From NCBI GenBank assembly GCA_041665545.1, contig JBAYIQ010000001.1, positions 222,448-286,447 on the forward strand: a stretch of DNA of 64,000 nucleotides, in the 5' to 3' direction. Shown here piece by piece: positions 10,784 to 18,794 of this stretch. A program made the position numbers and the translations under genes. The stretch's first letter is position 1. Every line of letters begins with the position of its first letter. The notes under the pieces were generated by a model that saw only the letters and a program-made list of their open reading frames with translations, ran no database searches and had not been told where the DNA came from. The stretch is from Patescibacteria group bacterium. GTDB lineage: Bacteria > Patescibacteriota > Patescibacteriia > UBA1558 > GWA2-36-10.

Positions 10784-11419
10784 TTATTCTATAAATTTCG
10801 CAAATGATTTTTTATTAAATTTAAAATTGTATATTTTGTAAAATTGAAACGAAAACTTTTTTTCGCTAATTTCTGATTTAATATTCAAACTTTTTATTAA
10901 ACTAACAATTTTTTTCTTACCGTATTTTTTGATCAAAAACTCTACCCAATATTGACCGACCATATAAACATCCGAGTCACTTTTGTTAAAATAATCAAAG
11001 ACATTTAGTAATTTTTCTTGATCACTGTTTTTAATCAACAATTCTTTGCCCGAAAGATAGCTAGCCAATCCTTCATTTAACCAAAAAGGGTGATGACTTT
11101 TGCTTATTTGTGTATAGTAAATATGGCTATATTCATGTTTTAGTGTTTGCCAAAAATCTTTGGCGTTATGATTTGATTCTTTGGCAAAAATTTTTCTGTT
11201 TAAAATATAAATACTGTTATTTTTACTTACCCCGACAAACCACTTAGCTGTTTTTCTACCGACAATCAAATCCAAATCCTGACGACTGCCCACAAAGCAT
11301 AACAAAGGATCAACAATTTTGAAATCAAAAAAAGTATCAAATTCACGCTTAGTCGCACTTAAAAAGCTAACTAACTTTTTATCGACTTTTGCTGATTTTA
11401 GATTAATATATTGGTTCAT
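10784..11419 (-). CDS. Zn-metallopeptidase-like protein (peptidase MA-like)
   Basis: HEYSH followed by PFWLNEGLASY. Confidence 0.75.
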   Translation of the reverse strand: MNQYINLKSAKVDKKLVSFLSATKREFDTFFDFKIVDPLLCFVGSRQDLDLIVGRKTAKWFVGVSKNNSIYILNRKIFAKESNHNAKDFWQTLKHEYSHIYYTQISKSHHPFWLNEGLASYLSGKELLIKNSDQEKLLNVFDYFNKSDSDVYMVGQYWVEFLIKKYGKKKIVSLIKSLNIKSEISEKKFSFQFYKIYNFKFNKKSFAKFIE

Positions 11420-11473
11420 ATGTCAAAAAATTATAAATTTTGTTGGGGAGAAATATTGACTACTCCTCCCCAT

Positions 11474-13126
11474 TTAAACAACGTCCCAAGTGTCACGAAT
11501 CAACCGCTTAGCTTCTTTCTCAGCTTTCGCTAAGTAAGACGCTAAACTTGTCTGCCTGACAAGGCCACCTTCTGATATCAGATAGGTTTCAGTACTCTTG
11601 AATCTTTCCAAGAAATAGCGATCATGGGAAACCAAGATCACTGTCCCTTGGTAGTGCTGGACTACCTCCTCCAAGGCATCCAGTGCTTCCAAATCAAGGT
11701 GATTGGTGGGCTCATCAAGCAACAAAACATTTACCGACAGACTGGAAAAAATTGCCAATAGCAGTCTAGCCCTACCACCGGGCGACAGATCAGCAACTTT
11801 CTTATCAAGCTCCTCTGCCTGAAAACCATATCTGACTGCTAGAGCATAAGCATCTTGCCTTGCCAATTTGCCCCGCTTCATCAAACAGTCCTTCATGCTA
11901 TCAGTACGCGGCAAATTATCGTGCTCTTGCATCAGATTACCCATGACTAGAGAGGTGCCCAAGACAACAGAACCAGCAAGCGGAATCAATTGTCCGCTTA
12001 TGGTTTTGAGCAAAGTGGACTTACCTGAGCCATTCGGACCAATTATCGCCAATCGACTGCCATATGGCACAAACAAAGAAACTGGTCCAATGCTGAAGCC
12101 CTGGCTATAGCCAGCCACTACTTCATTGAGCGCGATATCTCGCGTTCCACCGGGCTTTTGGGGCTCAAGCTCGATGCGAAACATTTCTCGCTCCACTGGC
12201 TTGGCCACAGAATCCATGTGCTCAATCCGCTTCTCAATGGCTTTGGCGGTTTTGCCAGAACCAGCTGAACGATCTCGTTTGAAGCCTCGCAAGTACTTGT
12301 CATTGTCTTTGCCTCGATAACACGCGCCTTGCGTGGCCTCAACGCGCTTGGCTCTAGCTGACTCAGTCAACCTCCTTATTTCCTCCTGTTGCGCCATGAA
12401 GACTTCCAACTGATGCTCTCGTTCTTTGCCCGCTCTAGCCAGATACTCTGAGTACAGGCCATTGGTTATGGTCAACTGACGAGTATACCAGTCAATCTCC
12501 ATGATCTTGTGCACCACACGATCAAGAAAAAGACGGTCATGCGAGACAACTAAGCAAATGGCTTTGGACTTGGTAAGGAAATGCTCGAGCCAGATCAAAG
12601 CTGGTAAATCAAGATTGTTGGTTGGCTCATCCAACAAAAGCAAGTCAGCGTCAGCCAGCAGTACTCCGGCCATAAACACTTTACTTTTCTGCCCAGCAGA
12701 CAAGGTGTTTATCGGTCGATCACCAGCGAGCAGACGAAGACCAAGGCCAGCCAAGACTAGCTCCAGGCGGTGCTGGAAACCATAGCCATTTCTTCGCTCG
12801 TACTCAACTTGCGCATCCGAAGATGAGTCCAAACATTGCTCCAATGAAGCCATGCCCGAGACTCTGTGCAGATACTGCTCTACGGTCTCCTCAGAAACCA
12901 AGCTGGTGTCCTGAGGCAGATAAGCAAAAACTAGCCCCTTTCTTTTTTTGACAGTACCGCTGTCTGGCTCCACAACTCCGGCTAATATTTTTAGCAGAGT
13001 TGATTTGCCAGTGCCGTTGTTACCCACCAAGGCGACTTTTTGCCCCCTTTCCAAAGAAAAAGAAACATTGTCTAGAACCGTAATCGTGCCGAACACTTTG
13101 CTAACTTTTTCAACCTTGAGTTCCAT
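11474..13126 (-). CDS. ABC-F family ATPase
   Basis: Two NBDs (GNNGTGKST, GPNGSGKST; LLDEPTN twice; VSHDR twice), no TM domain. Confidence 0.92.
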   Translation of the reverse strand: MELKVEKVSKVFGTITVLDNVSFSLERGQKVALVGNNGTGKSTLLKILAGVVEPDSGTVKKRKGLVFAYLPQDTSLVSEETVEQYLHRVSGMASLEQCLDSSSDAQVEYERRNGYGFQHRLELVLAGLGLRLLAGDRPINTLSAGQKSKVFMAGVLLADADLLLLDEPTNNLDLPALIWLEHFLTKSKAICLVVSHDRLFLDRVVHKIMEIDWYTRQLTITNGLYSEYLARAGKEREHQLEVFMAQQEEIRRLTESARAKRVEATQGACYRGKDNDKYLRGFKRDRSAGSGKTAKAIEKRIEHMDSVAKPVEREMFRIELEPQKPGGTRDIALNEVVAGYSQGFSIGPVSLFVPYGSRLAIIGPNGSGKSTLLKTISGQLIPLAGSVVLGTSLVMGNLMQEHDNLPRTDSMKDCLMKRGKLARQDAYALAVRYGFQAEELDKKVADLSPGGRARLLLAIFSSLSVNVLLLDEPTNHLDLEALDALEEVVQHYQGTVILVSHDRYFLERFKSTETYLISEGGLVRQTSLASYLAKAEKEAKRLIRDTWDVV

Positions 13127-13685
13127 GATTAATTTTTTTTAACATCAACTCTGGCTTACCAATAAGTAACTCTTCGCCCATTTTTAAATTCAATGATTTC
13201 ATAAATTCCCAAATCTCTGTCTTTGCTTTTTTTACGTCCGTAGTATTTTCTGAATTTATTATTTCCACTTCTAAAAATAACCCTAAATTTTCCACTTCCT
13301 CCAACATTATTTCATAATTATCATACACAAAATAATTTTTATGGCTTTTTACTTCTACTAATTTTTTTAACCCCAAATTATTAATAATATTAACAGCTGT
13401 GTCAAAATCCGATATTTTTATTTCATGCTCCTCGGAGTAAAGCCAATCTCCAGAATCTTCAAATTGATTTATTTTATAAGTTAAATAATACTCATTATTT
13501 TTATTTCTCAAGCGAAAACATTCCCTTAAAATACCCTTGCTGACTGGCTGTAAATTTTTCCTTTGAGGATCAAAATAATAAATATCATAAGTATCTTTAA
13601 GACCCTTGAAGTTAAATTTTTCTAATTTAGTTAAAGCTGACTGCTGATCATCAAAAACTTCAACTAAAATTTCTATTTCTTTCAT
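13110..13685 (-). CDS. CYTH-domain protein (class IV adenylate cyclase-like)
   Basis: EIEIL, FRLR, YLTYK, SEEHE, LGLFLEVE. Confidence 0.85.
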   Translation of the reverse strand: MKEIEILVEVFDDQQSALTKLEKFNFKGLKDTYDIYYFDPQRKNLQPVSKGILRECFRLRNKNNEYYLTYKINQFEDSGDWLYSEEHEIKISDFDTAVNIINNLGLKKLVEVKSHKNYFVYDNYEIMLEEVENLGLFLEVEIINSENTTDVKKAKTEIWEFMKSLNLKMGEELLIGKPELMLKKINHGTQG

Positions 13686-13703
13686 TTGTCTGATTCATTA
13701 TTT

Positions 13704-14240
13704 CTATAATAATTTCAAGTAATCCAAAGCCAAATAACCAACCTCTATGTCCGTCATTTCCCCGCTTCTTAATAAATCCCTAAATTTATCCAAATCCATC
13801 AATACAACTTCAGCAAATTCTGTAAGCTCAAGATTTTGCTCAGCTACCCTTTCACAATCCTCAGCTACAATACAATACCTATGCATATTGGAGTAAGCAT
13901 CATCATAACTATCAGTTATCAACTTCATTTTTCCTTTATATCCAGTCTCTTCCAGTAATTCTCTTGTAGCACATTCAATTGGATCTTCGTCTTTATTTAA
14001 AAATCCACCTGGCAATTCAAAAAATATTTTTTTTGGCCCTGGTCTAAACTGTTTTGCTAATATTATTTCTTTATTCTTTGTAATTGGCAACACGCAAACA
14101 GCGGGCCCCTCTTTTTTTATATAAAAATCACTTTGTTCACCATTTGGTAATTTGAATATAATTTTTTCTATACCACGACCATATTTTTGAAAAACAGACT
14201 CTCTAGAGATTTCTTCCCAATTTTTTATTTCTTTTGCCAT
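13704..14240 (-). CDS. NUDIX hydrolase (ADP-ribose pyrophosphatase-like)
   Basis: KQFRP..ELPGG..ATRELLEETG. Confidence 0.9.
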   Translation of the reverse strand: MAKEIKNWEEISRESVFQKYGRGIEKIIFKLPNGEQSDFYIKKEGPAVCVLPITKNKEIILAKQFRPGPKKIFFELPGGFLNKDEDPIECATRELLEETGYKGKMKLITDSYDDAYSNMHRYCIVAEDCERVAEQNLELTEFAEVVLMDLDKFRDLLRSGEMTDIEVGYLALDYLKLL

Positions 14241-14366
14241 ATTATTTAATTTTTAATTGTAATTTTTTTAGTAAATATTTATGATAATTTTTTTTACTAG
14301 CCAACCACCCCTTAACATGCTCTATACTAACTACCATTCAGGGGGCTTATTTGGGTCATATAATGC

Positions 14367-15044
14367 TTACTTTGCTAAACAAATTGGTGTAGATAAATAT
14401 TCTAATATATTAATTTTACTATACTTCAGTGAAAATTGATCTATTGAACACACGGCGATTTCAGTTTTTCCATCTAACTCAAAATATTTCACGAACCATT
14501 TTTTAGATTTTTCTCTATAGCCAATCTTAATGTTATTTTTTATTCTAACAACATTAACCTCCTTTAGCGAAATATTTAGACCACATCCTATTGCCTTACA
14601 GTAACTTTCTTTAGCAGTCCATAATTTGCATAAAGACAATTTTGTATCAACCTTACTAAAATAGTCCCGATCCGATACAAAAATAGATTTAGTTTTTGTA
14701 TTTATTCTTTCTATCTCTTCTATATCTGCTCCAACAAGATCTTCGCCCAAAACAAGAACTCCGTATTTGTCATTATGTGAAAAATTAAAATAATACCCCT
14801 TCTGTTTTCTGAAGAATGGTTTTCCAAATTCATTGGTTATTATTTCATCATTGTCATATCTTAATCTATAATTTTTATACATAAATTCTCTGAGTAAAAA
14901 ATCGTCAATAATAGCTGTGCATTTTTCTTTATAAGTCCACTTTTGTAAAATACTCTTTTTTGAATAGTCTGAAGTATAATTCAAAAGATTTCTGTAAATA
15001 TCTGATGGGATGTTTACTTTTTCGTATAGATATAAATAAACCAT
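14367..15044 (-). CDS. 4'-phosphopantetheinyl transferase (Sfp type)
   Basis: GKP, FNFSH, VGADIE, WTAKESYCKAIGCG. Confidence 0.9.
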   Translation of the reverse strand: MVYLYLYEKVNIPSDIYRNLLNYTSDYSKKSILQKWTYKEKCTAIIDDFLLREFMYKNYRLRYDNDEIITNEFGKPFFRKQKGYYFNFSHNDKYGVLVLGEDLVGADIEEIERINTKTKSIFVSDRDYFSKVDTKLSLCKLWTAKESYCKAIGCGLNISLKEVNVVRIKNNIKIGYREKSKKWFVKYFELDGKTEIAVCSIDQFSLKYSKINILEYLSTPICLAK

Positions 15045-15090
15045 AATTACGTGGGGCTATAATATTATTTTAAAAACCAACCAATCGTCT

Positions 15091-15711
15091 TTATGTATGT
15101 TTTGTATTATTTAAAAGAATGAACCTAACTAAATTATTAAATATTTCCATTCCTTCATTTTGAGGACTTATATTTTCTGGGTGAAATTGAAAGCCAAATT
15201 GTTGTTTTCCTTGAACTTGGATAATTTCACAACCATCAATAGAACTAGCCAGGCAAACAAGAGTTTCTGGAATTTCTTGAACCCCAAATCGATGTTTTTC
15301 TGAGACAGTATAATCATTTTTATTTTGAAAAATTGAATGTCTGGCTTTGGCTGTAATTTTTACCAAACCTTCTCGTTTCTGAGATAATTTAACTAATTTA
15401 GCACCATAAGCATAACATAAAACTTGAAACCCATAGCAAATACCAATCACCGGAATAGAGGTATTACGAATGAGTTCAATCTCATCGATGTTTTCCGAAG
15501 CATTTAAAGAATGACCATCTGATAAAATAATTAATTGACAATCATTAAGGTCACAATTTTTTATATCTTGAAACATAATGTTTCTAACTTTATATCCAGT
15601 TAACAAAGTAACGTATTCGCTTAGCGAATCTGCGCCGTTATCAATCAATGCTACATTTACCGAAGCGATATTCCTTTCTGTTGTATTATAATTTTCTATC
15701 ACTTGTCTCAT
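15091..15711 (-). CDS. Class I glutamine amidotransferase (stand-alone glutaminase subunit)
   Basis: IDNG, PVIGICYGFQ, FGFQFHPE (Cys-His-Glu triad). Confidence 0.9.
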   Translation of the reverse strand: MRQVIENYNTTERNIASVNVALIDNGADSLSEYVTLLTGYKVRNIMFQDIKNCDLNDCQLIILSDGHSLNASENIDEIELIRNTSIPVIGICYGFQVLCYAYGAKLVKLSQKREGLVKITAKARHSIFQNKNDYTVSEKHRFGVQEIPETLVCLASSIDGCEIIQVQGKQQFGFQFHPENISPQNEGMEIFNNLVRFILLNNTKHT

Positions 15712-15713
15712 AA

Positions 15714-16625
15714 TTATATTAAATTATTAAATAATATTGAAAATTTTTCTACGCATCCTGGATTAAATATTGAAAAATGATCTCCCTTAATAGGATGAAT
15801 CTTTATGGGATGTTCTGAATATAAATTCCACTCATACTTTCGTTTAACGGGGCTATCATTCGCCTCGAAAAAATGAATATCAGCATTGACCTTACGTGCA
15901 GGCATATAAAATGCCTGAGCATTTGCATCTGTCCTCATAACATTCAAATAGTAAATCAGATCGCGAAAACTAATATTATCAAAATATGGAATTGCCTTAG
16001 CCCTGTCTTCGGGAATATCCTGCTTAATAACCTCCATCAAAGCACTTTGATATTTAGACATACCAAACATTTCAACAAAAATCTTCCACATATGTTCTTT
16101 ATTGTAACATAATTCATTGTTTATATTAGTAGACTTGATTTGTGATAACCACTTATGAATTAATATTTTTTCTGTCCCCAAATCAAAGCGTGACTTTTTA
16201 TTTGGATTTTTATTCGGTTCAAGTAATGCATAATCATTAACCATGTTTATCATCTGTTTGTCATCAATAATTGGTGGCGCAGAATTAATTATCGACAAAA
16301 AATCAATTTTTTCACCAATTGATTCAAGTTGTAATGCAATTTCAAATGCCCTCACCCCTCCAAAACACCAACCTGCCAATAAATATGGCCCACAGGATTG
16401 AATTTTTTTAATTTGCTTCAAATAAGATCTTGCCATTGACGAAATAGATCTATTTTTAGGAGAAAAATCATTAAACCTATCGGCTCTTAACCCCCAACAA
16501 TTTATTTCCGATGAAAAAGATGAGCAAAACAAAACATAATGCTGAATTTCACCATTTCCTGCGTGAATTAAAAATAAATTTTTATTTGAATTCGTTCCCT
16601 TTTTGAGAAAAACGACATTATTCAT
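15714..16625 (-). CDS. NRPS-type thioesterase with a Cys nucleophile
   Basis: LFLIHAGNG, GPYLLAGWCFGG, GDHFS. Confidence 0.85.
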   Translation of the reverse strand: MNNVVFLKKGTNSNKNLFLIHAGNGEIQHYVLFCSSFSSEINCWGLRADRFNDFSPKNRSISSMARSYLKQIKKIQSCGPYLLAGWCFGGVRAFEIALQLESIGEKIDFLSIINSAPPIIDDKQMINMVNDYALLEPNKNPNKKSRFDLGTEKILIHKWLSQIKSTNINNELCYNKEHMWKIFVEMFGMSKYQSALMEVIKQDIPEDRAKAIPYFDNISFRDLIYYLNVMRTDANAQAFYMPARKVNADIHFFEANDSPVKRKYEWNLYSEHPIKIHPIKGDHFSIFNPGCVEKFSILFNNLI

Positions 16626-16626
16626 T

Positions 16627-18456
16627 TTATTTTTGGTTTTTAATTATATACTCAGCTTGTTTTTCTATTGTAGGTAAGTTTATAATATCATTAATGGCGA
16701 CATCAATCTTGAATTTATTTTGTAATTCTAAAGCCAATGAAGTCAACAATAATGAATTTCCGCCCACCTTGCTAAATTCTGTCTTAGTACCACAAACATC
16801 AATATTTAACAATTTTTTCCAAATTTTTACTATATTACGCTCTACTGCATTCTTTGGTTTAACATTTTTTTCTTCTCCAAAATTAGGTTTAAAGGTATCC
16901 ACAATAAATTTTCGATCAATCTTTCCAGTGGCGGTTAATGGCACGCTGTCAAGTTGATAAAAATAAGTTGGAATCATATAAGACGGTAATGTTTTTAGCA
17001 AATATTCTTTTATTAAATCTGAACTTACAGATTTATTACCCTTAGTAGTATAGTAAGCAATAATTTGAGATTCTTTTTCTTCGTGTATAATCGGCATCAC
17101 AACACTCTTATCAATAAAATAAAAATTATCTATTACGGATTCAATTTCATTCAATTCTATTCTATACCCTTTAATTTTAATTTGAAAATCATTCCTTCCC
17201 AGAAATTCAATCGGCCCACCAACCATTTTCCTACCCAAATCTCCTGTCTTAAATACTCTGCCTCGCTTCGTCACTGGATCAGTTATAAATACCGCATTAG
17301 TCTTTTCTTGCTGATTTAAATAACCTAACGCAAGATAATCGCTCTTATAAACTAACTCGCCAATTTCACCATTTTTGACCTCCCGACCATTATTATCCAA
17401 AAGATACACTTTGGTATCTTCTACCGGATAACCAACGGGAACGGTAGCCTGATTTATTTTGGTGGTTTTATCAATAAAGTACTGCAGAGTAACTGTGGAT
17501 TCAGTTGGCCCCAATCCATTAATAAAAACGCAGTTATCATTGAAATGCAATTTATAAGCTTCAACATCATTTATTAAAACTGACTCTCCTCCCATTACCA
17601 CCAACCGGACACTATCCATTAAATTTTTTTCCTTTATATTGCTAATAAAATAACGATATAAGGTTGGAACTGAGTGAAAAATAGTTATTTTTTCTTTTCC
17701 AATCCAAGCGGTTAATTTTTCGACTGCACCTAATTCCTTCATGTCGTAAGGATACAATGTTGCCCCATTTAATAAGGCACCAAAGATATCCATAATAGAT
17801 GCATCAAAACCATATGTTGAGAATAAGGTAAGTTTATCAAAGGGACTAATTTCTAGATTATTAGTATACGTACGGATAAAATGTAAAACATTGCGGTGAT
17901 TTTGAATAACACCCTTTGGTTTTCCTGTTGATCCTGAAGTATATAATATATAAGCACATTGAGAAGGGTCTATCATTATCCCTAAATTTTTCGCTTCTTC
18001 CTCATTATCAAGTTCATCCACATTAATGATAAAAACCCGCTTATTTGGCAAATCAATCGTGAGACTTTTGGCTAAATTATAGTTAAGATTATTGGTCAAA
18101 ATAATATCCCCACCTGAATCAGAAACTATATACTCAAGTCGATCTAACGGATGAGCAGGATCAAGAGGAACATAAGCATTCCCTGATTTAAGAACAGCTA
18201 TAATTGCAATAATCATTTGAAAATCATGTTCGAATAATAAATATACTCGCTGAGAAATTCCTTCTTTATTGTACTTTAATATTTGATTGGCAACTATATT
18301 CGCTTTATTATTAAGCTCTTGATAAGAAAGGACACGAGTCTTAGTTACTATAGCATTCTTAATTGAAAAATCGGCAACCTGATTTTCAAATCGGGTTACT
18401 ATGGATTGATTTATTTCTTCTTTAGGAAATTGATTATTATTCTTATTTATTTTCAT
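16627..18456 (-). CDS. NRPS-like adenylation plus peptidyl carrier didomain
   Basis: YILYTSGSTGKPKG, FDAS, NGLGPTE, FKTGDL, GRNDFQIKIKGYRIEL, PLTATGKIDR, carrier motif GGNSLL. Confidence 0.93.
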   Translation of the reverse strand: MKINKNNNQFPKEEINQSIVTRFENQVADFSIKNAIVTKTRVLSYQELNNKANIVANQILKYNKEGISQRVYLLFEHDFQMIIAIIAVLKSGNAYVPLDPAHPLDRLEYIVSDSGGDIILTNNLNYNLAKSLTIDLPNKRVFIINVDELDNEEEAKNLGIMIDPSQCAYILYTSGSTGKPKGVIQNHRNVLHFIRTYTNNLEISPFDKLTLFSTYGFDASIMDIFGALLNGATLYPYDMKELGAVEKLTAWIGKEKITIFHSVPTLYRYFISNIKEKNLMDSVRLVVMGGESVLINDVEAYKLHFNDNCVFINGLGPTESTVTLQYFIDKTTKINQATVPVGYPVEDTKVYLLDNNGREVKNGEIGELVYKSDYLALGYLNQQEKTNAVFITDPVTKRGRVFKTGDLGRKMVGGPIEFLGRNDFQIKIKGYRIELNEIESVIDNFYFIDKSVVMPIIHEEKESQIIAYYTTKGNKSVSSDLIKEYLLKTLPSYMIPTYFYQLDSVPLTATGKIDRKFIVDTFKPNFGEEKNVKPKNAVERNIVKIWKKLLNIDVCGTKTEFSKVGGNSLLLTSLALELQNKFKIDVAINDIINLPTIEKQAEYIIKNQK

Positions 18457-18463
18457 AGTTTAC

Positions 18464-18680
18464 TCAGTTTCTAGAATCTAGCTTAATAGCACTGTTAACT
18501 AGTTGATTAAAAACTTGGTGGGTATTTTTAAAAACTCAGAACTTATCTGATTAACCCGCTGGTATTTTCATTAGCACCTCGTCCCCAGGGGCTTCTTAAA
18601 TAAGTAAAATAAACCCTGGCTCTTGTTGATATTAATAAACGGTTTGTTTTGAGCCATTGCTCTACCTTGAAGTTCCATGA
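18464..18680 (-). pseudogene. Degenerate IS30-family transposase fragment
   Basis: Frameshifted translation QGRAMAQNK / VYFTYLRSPWGRGANENTSGLIR* resembles the IS30 integrase-core motif (SPWxRGxNENxNGLIR), followed by a C-terminal-like tail QVFNQLVN. Confidence 0.75.
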
Positions 18681-18684
18681 GATT

Positions 18685-18759
18685 ATCATACAGCCGTCTA
18701 TATGATTATAGCCGTCTATTTACACACTTTCATTATAGACCAAACAAAAAAGCTGTCAA
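18685..18759 (-). promoter_or_regulatory. Sigma70 promoter with downstream tandem GACGGC repeats (NRPS cluster)
   Basis: TTGACA (18759-18754), 16 nt, TATAAT (18737-18732); GACGGC-N12-GACGGC at 18716-18693. Confidence 0.7.
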
Positions 18760-18794
18760 GAGACAGCTAAAAATCACTAAATTTTTTCTTTTAG

